Shown: piece after piece, positions 27,626 to 36,251 of the stretch | Numbering within the stretch: position 1 is the first letter of the stretch | Layout of the letters: every line of letters starts with the position of its first letter | NCBI GenBank assembly: GCA_036804025.1 | Contig: DAIRTE010000004.1 | Coordinates: 1-59,159 of the forward strand | DNA: 59,159 bases | Source of the DNA: Clostridia bacterium | GTDB taxonomy: Bacteria > Bacillota > Clostridia > Christensenellales > CAG-138 | Direction of reading: 5' to 3' | Position numbers and translations under genes: made by a program | The notes under the pieces: generated by a model | Told to the model about the DNA's origin: nothing | Seen by the model: the letters and a program-made list of their open reading frames with translations, nothing else | Databases searched by the model: none

Positions 27626-28618
27626 ATGAGCATTGGCAAGATGTGGAGGCCGGAATCGTTCCAAGGCGGAAATCGGAAACGGCACTATTTTGAGGGCTGG
27701 TACTTCAAGCTGATTGACGCTCGGCGGGAGACGGTGCTGGCGATTATTCCGGGAATTGCAATCGGCGAGAGCCGCGCGGATGCGCACGCCTTTGTGCAAG
27801 TGATTGACGCGAAAACAGGTGAAACGGAGTATTTTCGTTTTCCATTTTCGGATTTCCACGCGGATTCCCGCAAATTCCTGGTCACAATCGGGAAGAACAC
27901 CTTTTCGGACAGCGGAATCCGGCTTGACCTGAACAACGAACACTCCATTCTGTCGGGCGAACTACAATTTACCGACATCGACCCCTACCCAAAGTCCTTG
28001 TTCCATCCCGGCATCATGGGCCCGTTTTCCTTCGTACCCGGCATGGAATGCTACCACGGCGTGGTCAACATCCACCACAAAATCAGCGGCAGCCTGCTTC
28101 GAAACGGAATCCAAATCGATATGACGGGCGGGGAAGGGTACATTGAAAAGGACTGGGGGCGGTCTTTTCCGGACGCCTGGATCTGGGTGCAGGCCAATCA
28201 TTTTGAAGAGGCTGGCGCATCGTTTCTGTTTTCGGTTGCGCGCATCCCGTGGCTGGGCACAAGTTTTACGGGCCTGATCGCTTTTTTGAGGACGAAGCGC
28301 GGGTTTGAGAGATTCGCAACCTACAATGGCGGCAAGATCCGTTCCATTCAACTCGAAGAGAATCGGCTGGATATTACGCTGACCAACGTAAAACATCTCC
28401 TGCACTTTTCCACGAGCATTCCCCGCGGCGGAATCCTCAAAGCGCCGAAAAACGGACTCATGAGCCGCGAAATTGAGGAAAGCATCACCTCAACGACCTC
28501 GTTGCAACTGCTCCATCGAAACGGCGAAGTGCTCTTTCAAGGCAAAAGTCAATGGACGGGAATCGAGATTGCTGGAAGCTTGTCCGAAATAATCGATGAA
28601 TTGCCCAACAAAACATGA
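27626..28618 (+). CDS. Tocopherol-cyclase-family protein
   Basis: N-terminal HYFEGWYFKLID motif typical of the VTE1/tocopherol cyclase family. Start chosen at 27626 (GGAG 9 nt upstream); 27599 and 27641 are alternatives. Confidence 0.75.
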   Translation: MSIGKMWRPESFQGGNRKRHYFEGWYFKLIDARRETVLAIIPGIAIGESRADAHAFVQVIDAKTGETEYFRFPFSDFHADSRKFLVTIGKNTFSDSGIRLDLNNEHSILSGELQFTDIDPYPKSLFHPGIMGPFSFVPGMECYHGVVNIHHKISGSLLRNGIQIDMTGGEGYIEKDWGRSFPDAWIWVQANHFEEAGASFLFSVARIPWLGTSFTGLIAFLRTKRGFERFATYNGGKIRSIQLEENRLDITLTNVKHLLHFSTSIPRGGILKAPKNGLMSREIEESITSTTSLQLLHRNGEVLFQGKSQWTGIEIAGSLSEIIDELPNKT

Positions 28619-28695
28619 TCGCAAGACACAATGATCGAAAAGCGAAGAACGCAACGAACCTTGTTCCAACAAACCGATAGGAAAGGACAGGAAGA

Positions 28696-30366
28696 ATGTA
28701 CAATTTGCTGATTGGAGGCGCTGCCGGTCAAGGCATTGAGACCATGGCAGCCATACTGGAAAAGCTGCTCAAGCGTTCCGGTTACTATGTGTTTACCATT
28801 CGGGACTTCATGTCGCGCGTGCGCGGCGGGCATAACTTTTCGCTGATTCGGTTTGACACCGCTCCGGTGTACTCGCACAGCAGCAGCCTCGACGGCATTC
28901 TTGCGATGGATGACGAGACGGTTCTGGAGCACCTGGGTCAGCTCAAGGAAGACGGGTTTCTTCTTTGCGATCAAAAGGTGTCCGCCAACGATCCGCGCGC
29001 GATGCAGTTTGATCTGGCCGGAATGGCAAAGACGTTAGGCAATCCGCGTGTTGCGGGCATTCTCGCGGTTGGCATCGTTTTGAAATTTTTCGGGGAGACG
29101 CTGGACGGCGCGGAGGAAGTGCTCCGTGCGTTTGTCAAGCAGCAGTATCTCGAAATCAACGTCAAGGCGCTGCAGGCGGGGTATCAGATAGCGCAGGCCC
29201 GCTATGCGCATCAGCGCGGGAGCTATCGGGACTGGATGCTGGTCTCCGGCAGCCATGCAGTGGCGTTCGGCGCGGCTGCGGCGGGGTTGCGATTTTATTC
29301 CGCCTATCCCATGTCGCCGTCTACGTCCATCATGGAGACGCTGGCGGCGCTGGGCGACGAGGCGGGGCTGGTGGTTGAGCAGGCGGAGGACGAAATTGCC
29401 GCAATCAACATGGCAATCGGCGCCTCATTTGCGGGTGCGCGGGCGATGACGGGTACATCCGGCGGCGGGTTCTCGCTCATGGTAGAAGCGCTGGGTCTAT
29501 CCGGCATGGCGGAAATACCGCTCGTGGTCATCGATGTACAGCGTCCGGGTCCCGTAACGGGGCTTCCAACGCGCACGGAGCAGAGCGATCTGCGGTTTGT
29601 AATCTCCGCGTCGCAGGGGGAATTTCCGCGGATGGTCATCGCGCTGCGGAACCAAGCCGATGCGTTCTACCAAACCATGCGCGCGTTTCATCTGGCGGAA
29701 GCCTATCAGATTCCGGTGATCTTGCTCAGCGATCAGTATCTGGGCGACGCAACCGCTACCGTGGAACCGTTTGATCCGAATCGTATCCAGACGGCGCAAC
29801 CGGCTGCCGGGTACGACGAGAACGGCGAGTATCTGCGGTATCGTTACACCGAAAGCGGAATTTCCCCGCGTTTGATTCCGGGCACGACAAAACACCTCGT
29901 CACTGCGGATAGCGACGAGCACGACGAGCGCGGCTGGATTACGGAATCCGCCGAGGTGCGCACCAGGATGATGGATAAGCGCATGAAGAAGCTGGATGGA
30001 ATTCGCGACGAGCTGCAGGAGCCGGAATTCATCGGCGAGGAAGACTTCGACACGCTGCTGCTTGGCTGGGGCTCGACCTGGGGCCCGATTACGGAGGCAA
30101 TTCGACTGCTCAACGATGCGGGCGGTCGGCGTTACGCTGCGCTGGTATTTGGGGACGTTTACCCGCTGCCGCAAAAACGGCTGCTCGAACACGCGCCAAA
30201 AGCCAAACGCATCATCAACGTGGAGCAGAACGCAACCGGGCAGCTGGCAGGGCTGATTCGCGAACAGACGGGAATTGCGTGCACCGGCAGCGTTCTAAAA
30301 TACGATGGCAGGCAGATTTCTGCCGAGGAGATTGTGAGCAGCGTTCAAAAGGAGGAGCTAAAATGA
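28696..30366 (+). CDS. 2-oxoacid:ferredoxin (acceptor) oxidoreductase, fused gamma-alpha subunit
   Basis: N-terminal gamma domain (LIGGAAGQGIETMAAIL...RGGHNF) followed by the alpha domain (YPMSPSTSIME, GTSGGGFSLM). Confidence 0.88.
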   Translation: MYNLLIGGAAGQGIETMAAILEKLLKRSGYYVFTIRDFMSRVRGGHNFSLIRFDTAPVYSHSSSLDGILAMDDETVLEHLGQLKEDGFLLCDQKVSANDPRAMQFDLAGMAKTLGNPRVAGILAVGIVLKFFGETLDGAEEVLRAFVKQQYLEINVKALQAGYQIAQARYAHQRGSYRDWMLVSGSHAVAFGAAAAGLRFYSAYPMSPSTSIMETLAALGDEAGLVVEQAEDEIAAINMAIGASFAGARAMTGTSGGGFSLMVEALGLSGMAEIPLVVIDVQRPGPVTGLPTRTEQSDLRFVISASQGEFPRMVIALRNQADAFYQTMRAFHLAEAYQIPVILLSDQYLGDATATVEPFDPNRIQTAQPAAGYDENGEYLRYRYTESGISPRLIPGTTKHLVTADSDEHDERGWITESAEVRTRMMDKRMKKLDGIRDELQEPEFIGEEDFDTLLLGWGSTWGPITEAIRLLNDAGGRRYAALVFGDVYPLPQKRLLEHAPKAKRIINVEQNATGQLAGLIREQTGIACTGSVLKYDGRQISAEEIVSSVQKEELK

Positions 30367-31214
30367 GCACGGAATCGTTTTGCACCTACGAAACCGCCTG
30401 GTGCCCGGGCTGCGGAAATTTTGTGATTCTCGAATGCCTGAAAACCGCTCTGGAGCAGCTGGGCAAGGAACCCTCGGACGTTCTGCTCGCGGCCGGAATC
30501 GGGCAGGCGGCAAAAACGCCGCAGTACCTAAGCGCAAACGAGTTTTGCGGGCTCCACGGACGCTCGCTTCCGGCTGCGATAGCGGCGAAGATTGCCAACG
30601 AATCGCTCACGGTCATCGTCAACACCGGCGACGGGGACTCCTACGGCGAGGGCGGCAATCACTTCGTGCACAACATCCGCAGAAACGTAGACATCACGCA
30701 TTTTGTGCACGACAATCAGATCTACGGCCTGACCAAGGGACAGGCGTCGCCCACCTCGCTGTTTGGAATGGTGACCGGCGTGCAGACCGACGGCAACATC
30801 AGCGAGCCGCTGAATCCGGTGCTGCTGGCCATTGCCTGCGGCGCGGGGTTTGTCGCGCGGGGCTTTACGGGGCATAAGGCACAGCTGATTGAACTCATGA
30901 AACAGGCGATTTCCTACAAGGGGTATGCGCTGGTCGACATTTTGCAGCCCTGCGTCAGCTTTAATAAAATCAACACATTCGGCTGGTACAACGAACGTGT
31001 TTATGAGCTGGGGGACACGTACAACTCGCAGAATAAGGCGGCCGCGATGCAAAAGGCGATGGAGTTCAACGAAAAGATTCCCCTCGGCGTGCTCTATCGC
31101 GAGGAAAAGAGCACCTATCACCAGAAGAACGCCGTCCTACAGCAGGGAACACCCTTGCTGGAAAGAAAGACGGATTCAAACGTGCTGAAAAGGCTCATCG
31201 CGTCGTATATCTGA
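30363..31214 (+). CDS. 2-oxoacid:ferredoxin oxidoreductase, beta (TPP-binding) subunit
   Basis: Start at the ATGA overlap with the upstream stop. WCPGCGNF, then TPP motif GDGDSYGEGGNHF ... N. Confidence 0.88.
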   Translation: MSTESFCTYETAWCPGCGNFVILECLKTALEQLGKEPSDVLLAAGIGQAAKTPQYLSANEFCGLHGRSLPAAIAAKIANESLTVIVNTGDGDSYGEGGNHFVHNIRRNVDITHFVHDNQIYGLTKGQASPTSLFGMVTGVQTDGNISEPLNPVLLAIACGAGFVARGFTGHKAQLIELMKQAISYKGYALVDILQPCVSFNKINTFGWYNERVYELGDTYNSQNKAAAMQKAMEFNEKIPLGVLYREEKSTYHQKNAVLQQGTPLLERKTDSNVLKRLIASYI

Positions 31215-31276
31215 GCCGGAGCGGGATTCACAGCAAAAATGCAACGAGCGAAGAACAATACTTTGGTTGCAAGCGC

Positions 31277-31318
31277 AAAAAAAACCAAAAGGCCACCAAT
31301 TGGTGGCCTTTTGGTTTG
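31277..31318. terminator. Bidirectional rho-independent terminator
   Basis: AAAAAAAA-CCAAAAGGCCACC-AATT-GGTGGCCTTTTGG-TTT, with A/T tracts on both sides. Confidence 0.9.
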
Positions 31319-31534
31319 CTCGTGATACCCCGGCAAAGCTGCCGGGTCGCATCGATTGGGGAAAATGCTGCGCAATTCGTTGAGTATACCCGGTCGGAAG
31401 GAGGAAGAAAACCGACGCATGCGCACGCATCTTAAAACAAGGGATTTGCGGAGCAGCCGGTCTTTCAAACTGCAACGCGCAATGCTTCGAACCTTTGTGG
31501 GAACAACCGCTACTGCGAAATGCTGCCGTTTCGC

Positions 31535-32485
31535 TCAGTTGGTATCCGCGCAGAGCGGGCCGGCCAGCTCCTTCATGAAGAACAGCTTGCCCGGCATGGT
31601 CGGGATGAAGCTGGAGGTGATGCAGGTGGTCGGGCCATAGCGAAGCGTCATCCAGAAGGACATACCCTGCCACTGCATGCCGCGCGCGAACACACCGTCC
31701 GCCCCGCCGATGATGTAGTCGGACTGGAAGATGATGCCCGGTCCAATCGTATTGGCGTAGCAGGGGATCAGCGCGTAGTTGCTGCGGAAGCTCGTCAACG
31801 CGTTTTGCTCAATCGTCAGCGGATGCAGGCGAGCGCCAACGCGATGGGTTGCGGCCATCCAGTCTGCCTGGGTTGCATAATCCTTGGCAAAGTGCGGTTC
31901 CCAGAACGCAATGTGGCAAACCCGGCCAATGCCGAACACCAGCACCTGCTTGGCGCCTTTTGCCTTGAGCGCGGCAATCTGCTCGGCATAGCGCGGCAGT
32001 TCGTCGCGCGTGGCAAAGTGACGCTGCGATTCCGGAACGGTCAGCTCGCCAAGCGGCCCGTAGAACGCGCCGAGCATCGCGTTTTGAAACGCGGCGGGAT
32101 CGCTCGCGGGCAGCGTGTTGCCCTGCTCGTCGGACCACTCGTCCATGTTGAATCCGTGCACGTGCTTGCAGTCCACGTTCCATTCCTTCAGGAAGTACAC
32201 GGCCCACTTATACATGCCCATCGGCCCGACCGGAAGAATCAGAATCAGGTCGTGCTTTGCTTCTCTAGCCAGCCGAATCTGCCAGGCGATCTCGTGCCCC
32301 ATATACGCGCCAAACTCTTCGAGATTCTCGCAGGATACCGGGCGAAAATCCTTGTTCCAGAACGGCTGGGGCTGCAATACATCCTCGGGTTTGTTGGAGC
32401 AGCAGTCGCGAATTCGGGCGATATCCCAACCGGCGGGGAATACCGTTTCGAAGTACGAACCGTGCAGCGTGCTTAACATGTCCAT
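31535..32485 (-). CDS. Glucosamine-6-phosphate deaminase/isomerase-family (NagB-like) protein, long form
   Basis: LILILPVGPMGMY and HGFNMDEW match the NagB GxTP and FNLDEY blocks. 316 aa. RBS GAGGAGG. Confidence 0.75.
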   Translation of the reverse strand: MDMLSTLHGSYFETVFPAGWDIARIRDCCSNKPEDVLQPQPFWNKDFRPVSCENLEEFGAYMGHEIAWQIRLAREAKHDLILILPVGPMGMYKWAVYFLKEWNVDCKHVHGFNMDEWSDEQGNTLPASDPAAFQNAMLGAFYGPLGELTVPESQRHFATRDELPRYAEQIAALKAKGAKQVLVFGIGRVCHIAFWEPHFAKDYATQADWMAATHRVGARLHPLTIEQNALTSFRSNYALIPCYANTIGPGIIFQSDYIIGGADGVFARGMQWQGMSFWMTLRYGPTTCITSSFIPTMPGKLFFMKELAGPLCADTN

Positions 32486-32600
32486 GGCAGAGGCCTCCTC
32501 GTTTTTTTGAATGTTGGATTAAGCGGCGCGAATGTCCGCATGGGGTTGACGAAACGCGAAGAATGGATTAAATAATAATGTCACTGGAGGAATTAATCGT

Positions 32601-32629
32601 ATTATGAGCGCTAATATCCGGTTTGTCAA
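32601..32629 (-). promoter_or_regulatory. Promoter of the NagB-like gene
   Basis: Minus strand: TTGACA (32624..32629), 17 nt spacer, CATAAT (32601..32606). Confidence 0.65.
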
Positions 32630-32673
32630 CGTTTTTTGAAGAGACAAAAATGCAACGCATTATGAACCCGCTC

Positions 32674-32702
32674 TTGACGGCGCCTATGCCTGCGGTTAGA
32701 AT
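32674..32702 (+). promoter_or_regulatory. Promoter of the ceramidase-like gene
   Basis: TTGACG (32674..32679), 17 nt spacer, TAGAAT (32697..32702). Confidence 0.65.
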
Positions 32703-32760
32703 GAACTCGCACAGAGTCGGTTGGACGTTTAAAAAATCCGCATCGGAGGGCAAAATCTGC

Positions 32761-34116
32761 ATGAAGACGAGTTTTCGCTCCATCGTTATTACCGCGCCAA
32801 TCGGCGTTCCTCTGGCGGGAAACGGGCGGGAGGACTCGCGCTCGCGCGGCGTCCACGACGATCTTTGCGCAAATTTTGCCTATGTCGAGAGCGGGGATCG
32901 GCGCAATCTCTTCATCGGACTGGACCTGTTGGGGCTCAAGCGCGGCGAAGCGGACGCGATCAAACAACGCGTTTTCGCAAGCTGCGGTATTGCGCCCGAG
33001 CAGATCACCATTTTTGCGACGCATACGCACAGCGGCCCGAACACGCTGGAGATCTTTCGCTCGTTTCTAACGCAAGAAGACCTCGCGGCCTGCGGCGAAT
33101 ATTGCGCCTGGCTGGTGGAGCGCATATCCGCCGTGGTGCCGGAGTTGGTGGCCTCGGCGGCGGAGTCCCAACTGGCGGTCGGCAGCGACGTGGTGGAGGG
33201 GTACTCGTTTAACCGCCGCGTCATCCTGAACGACGGCTCGCTCAAAATGGTGTTTGAAGACTACGATCGCGCGCAGATTGCGCGGCTATCCGGGCCAAAC
33301 GGAGACCCGGTGATGCATGTATTTGCGTTTGCGGACTTGCAGGATCGGGTGCAGGGTGTGATCGTTCGCTTTACCAGCCATCCGGCAATCGTATGCGGCG
33401 AGGACTGGCTCTACACGAGGGATTATGTAAACGCGCTCACCGTCGCGCTTCAGCGGCGGTACGGGCCGGAGCTGGTCGTGCTGTATGCCAACGGCGCGCA
33501 GGGAAATCAGGTTGCGTCCGATCCCTACGGGCCGTTTGTAACGGGCTTTGCCGAGGCGGATCGCGTTGGAAGAGGGCTTGCGCAGGGCGCGATTCAAATC
33601 ATCGACCGGCTGCTGCTTCGGCGTGCGTTCCGGCGGGAAGCGGAGCTGTCCGCGGCAACGGCGCGTCTGACATTGCCCATTCGGCGCATTTCGCCGGAGG
33701 AACGCGAGCGCGCTTTGGCGGTTATTCGCGGCGCGGAACATGGAGCGGGCGCGCAGCTGCACGGTCTGGACCCGCGCGTTGAGGCGGAGAGCATTCTGGA
33801 GATGGCAGACAAGGAGCAGGAGAACGACGAGACGCTGATTCAGGCCATTCGGCTTGGCGGCGCGCTGATATTGACGTTTCCGGGCGAGGTATTTCTGGAG
33901 CATGCGCAGAGCGCGCTGCGCGATTTACCGGTGGAGTCGTCCATGATCTTTGGTCTTGCGAACGATTATGTCGGCTACATTCCGACGCGGGAGGCATTCG
34001 CGGAGGGCGGATATGAGGTGAAAACCTCGTTCGTGTCCAGCCGGTTTGATCCATCGGCGGGCGAACGGCTGGTTTCGGCCTGTCGGGCGCTGGCGACGGA
34101 GTTGCTGGCGCGTTGA
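32761..34116 (+). CDS. Neutral/alkaline ceramidase-like amidohydrolase, cytoplasmic
   Basis: Start trimmed to MKTSFRS (RBS GGAGGG). N-terminal family pattern ITAPIGVPLAGNG...GVHDDL...FATHTHSGP. No signal peptide. Confidence 0.7.
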   Translation: MKTSFRSIVITAPIGVPLAGNGREDSRSRGVHDDLCANFAYVESGDRRNLFIGLDLLGLKRGEADAIKQRVFASCGIAPEQITIFATHTHSGPNTLEIFRSFLTQEDLAACGEYCAWLVERISAVVPELVASAAESQLAVGSDVVEGYSFNRRVILNDGSLKMVFEDYDRAQIARLSGPNGDPVMHVFAFADLQDRVQGVIVRFTSHPAIVCGEDWLYTRDYVNALTVALQRRYGPELVVLYANGAQGNQVASDPYGPFVTGFAEADRVGRGLAQGAIQIIDRLLLRRAFRREAELSAATARLTLPIRRISPEERERALAVIRGAEHGAGAQLHGLDPRVEAESILEMADKEQENDETLIQAIRLGGALILTFPGEVFLEHAQSALRDLPVESSMIFGLANDYVGYIPTREAFAEGGYEVKTSFVSSRFDPSAGERLVSACRALATELLAR

Positions 34117-34141
34117 TTTGACGAACCTGTAACGAGAGCGA

Positions 34142-34177
34142 CAAAAAGCGAGCAGCCCAGTGGGCTGCTCGCTTTGA
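34142..34177. terminator. Bidirectional terminator between the ceramidase-like and ROK genes
   Basis: AAAAAGCGAGCAGCCC-AGT-GGGCTGCTCGCTTT. Confidence 0.85.
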
Positions 34178-34178
34178 T

Positions 34179-34282
34179 GCTGGAGTGAATACTGAATCGA
34201 ATACGCTCAGGTCTGCTCGTTTTTGAAGATGTTGGAGTGAATGCTGAATCGAATGCGCTCAAGATTGCTCGTTTTTAAAGAT
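34179..34282. repeat. 52-bp tandem duplication spanning the 3' end of the ROK gene
   Basis: Copy 1 at 34179..34230 and copy 2 at 34231..34282 differ at 7 of 52 positions. Copy 2 holds the real C-terminus and stop (..IFKNEQS*). Copy 1 encodes a ghost ..IFKNEQT*. Confidence 0.9.
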
Positions 34283-35491
34283 TTCGTCCATGCTCATCAT
34301 GACGGCGGAACGGCGAAGCGTCTCAAAATCACCGGAGGACGCTTCAATTGCGACGTCCTGCGCATGGAGCAAGCGGAACTGACTGTGAATCGTCTTTCGC
34401 ACCATGTCGAGGAAGCCCTCGCCGAGCATGGTGATGGAGCCGCCAATGTGAATCACGTGGACGTCGTAGAGGTTGATCGCGCTGACCAGCCCGCAGCAGA
34501 GCGCGTAGACATAGTCGTTGAGCACCTCTAGAACCGCCGGTTCGCGCGCGAGGAAGCGCGTGGCAACTTCGCGCATGGCAACTTCGTTGATCTGCGCGGC
34601 AAAGCAGTCGTTGTAGGTCAGGTGAAGCCCGGCGCGCTCGTTCAGCGCGCGAAACAGCGCGGCGGTGGAGCAGATGCTCTCGAGGCAACCGCGGTTGGAG
34701 CAGCGGCACATCGGCCCGTTTCGGTCTACGATGATATGGCCGATCTCCAGCGAAAAGCACTGCGCGGGGTCCTTGTGCGCGTCGCCCAACACGACGCCGG
34801 CGCTGATGCCTTCGTCAATGTTGATGGCCAGCACGCGCTTTCCGGGGGAGTAGTCGTCCGAACTGTACTCCATAAACGCGAGCACGCTCGTGTTGTTGCT
34901 CATGAGCACGCGCGAATCGGGGAACTTCTCGCGCAGCTGCGCAACCAGATCCGCCTCGGTGAGCTCCTCGGCGGGAATGACGGCGGAAAACTGGATGCAG
35001 CCGGTTTCCGCGTCGAAGATGCCGGGAAAGATCACGTGAATCCCGATCAGCCGATACATGGGAATACGCTTTGCCTTGAGCAGTTTCTTGATCTCCGCGG
35101 AGATCTGCTCGCTCGTGTGCGTGGCGCCGTGAATGCGAACGCTGCCGAGCTTGCGGAAGCAAATGTCGTAAAGCGAACAGATGAAGCTGTGGCTGATGAT
35201 TTCTACCGTCGCAATGCAGCCGCCCGCCGCGTTGACCTCGAGCATAATCGGCTTTCGGCCGCGCATCGTGGACGCGCCTGCGCCCGTTTCGCGAATCCAT
35301 TTGTTCTGAATCAGCTCGTCCACGAGCATGGAGACGGTGGTTGGCGAAAGATTGGTTTGGGTTGCCAGCGTCGCGCGCGAAGTAGGCATGGTCTTACGAA
35401 TGATATTAAAGAGCAGCATGGTGTTGCTTGCTTTAATCTTTTGCTGCGAGAAGTTCGTCGGTGCTTTATCGGCGACGATTGGATGAATCAT
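34259..35491 (-). CDS. ROK-family transcriptional regulator
   Basis: N-terminal wHTH (TSRATLATQTNLSPTTVSMLVDEL). ROK Zn motif HIIVDRNGPMCRCSNRGCLE. RBS GAGGTG. Confidence 0.9.
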   Translation of the reverse strand: MIHPIVADKAPTNFSQQKIKASNTMLLFNIIRKTMPTSRATLATQTNLSPTTVSMLVDELIQNKWIRETGAGASTMRGRKPIMLEVNAAGGCIATVEIISHSFICSLYDICFRKLGSVRIHGATHTSEQISAEIKKLLKAKRIPMYRLIGIHVIFPGIFDAETGCIQFSAVIPAEELTEADLVAQLREKFPDSRVLMSNNTSVLAFMEYSSDDYSPGKRVLAINIDEGISAGVVLGDAHKDPAQCFSLEIGHIIVDRNGPMCRCSNRGCLESICSTAALFRALNERAGLHLTYNDCFAAQINEVAMREVATRFLAREPAVLEVLNDYVYALCCGLVSAINLYDVHVIHIGGSITMLGEGFLDMVRKTIHSQFRLLHAQDVAIEASSGDFETLRRSAVMMSMDEIFKNEQS

Positions 35492-35567
35492 AGGAACACC
35501 TCATTGTTTTTGCAGAATACAGATTTCTCCATCGCACGAAATAATAATTGTGACATATGTTGTTAGT

Positions 35568-35597
35568 ATTCTAGCATCAACAAAGGGCTTCTTGCAA
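35568..35597 (-). promoter_or_regulatory. Promoter of the second ROK regulator gene
   Basis: Minus strand: TTGCAA (35592..35597), 18 nt spacer ending in TGC, TAGAAT (35568..35573). Confidence 0.65.
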
Positions 35598-35751
35598 GCG
35601 GCGCGTAGAAAAGCTTTTGGCGTAAATCACGCAAATACGTCCTTTTCGCTGGCGGGCAAAACCGCCAATCGCGGGGAAGGACTGCACGAATCTCGCATCA
35701 AACCGCCGTTTCAGCCAAAAACGACTGAAAAACTGGCGTTTTCTGGTCGAA

Positions 35752-35766
35752 ATTTGAAATTCAAAT
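35752..35766. promoter_or_regulatory. AT-rich perfect palindrome, candidate operator
   Basis: ATTTGAA-A-TTCAAAT, lying between the divergent ROK and ABC promoters. Confidence 0.35.
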
Positions 35767-35813
35767 GGAAAAATTACAATAAAAATAATTCAGCGAAAAA
35801 AATAAAACAAGTT

Positions 35814-35827
35814 ATAATTCGAATTAT
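35814..35827. promoter_or_regulatory. AT-rich perfect palindrome, candidate operator
   Basis: ATAATTCGAATTAT, a 14-bp perfect palindrome. Confidence 0.35.
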
Positions 35828-35915
35828 GGCAATAAAAAGCCAGTAAAATAGCACATAATATTAGTCCAAGAAAAATAATATAAAATGTAAAAAGCAAGAA
35901 ATGCAAAATTTTATA

Positions 35916-35944
35916 TTGATTTTTGAATATTGGTATTGTATCAT
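35916..35944 (+). promoter_or_regulatory. Promoter of the CUT2 ABC importer operon, with a ~300-nt leader
   Basis: TTGATT (35916..35921), 17 nt spacer, TATCAT (35939..35944). Confidence 0.55.
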
Positions 35945-36251
35945 GACATCAATCGAACTGCGATGCAGCACGCAAAGGCGCATGCACGTATCAACTGGAA
36001 ATATTCTCGAAAATCCTTAAAAAACATTCGGCATCGAAATCCAATTATCAGCAAACCGCGAAAACCAACGATCCCGCAAGCATTGCCGCGACGACCCGTA
36101 ACATTGTTGTTACCCGCAATCGTGCAGCAAGTAGTTTTCGTTGCGTTTACGAAACCCCGCAAGCACAAAGCGGTCAAGCGTGAGTCCAAACAAACCGGTG
36201 ATACAGCATCAATACTGGCATGGTAAAACCGCCATTAAAGGAGTGAAAGCG

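Noticed and set aside
31356-31640. A 94-aa plus-strand ORF preceded by a strong SD-like GGAAGGAGGAAG.
   Set aside because: It runs antisense into the 3' end of the NagB-like gene and has no recognisable motifs. The SD-like sequence lies in the loop of a hairpin that is better explained as minus-strand 3' UTR structure.
35550-35846. A 98-aa ORF in the AT-rich region upstream of the ABC importer.
   Set aside because: The translation is Lys/Asn-rich low-complexity sequence produced by AT-rich DNA. It has no RBS and overlaps the ROK promoter, so it is more likely regulatory DNA.
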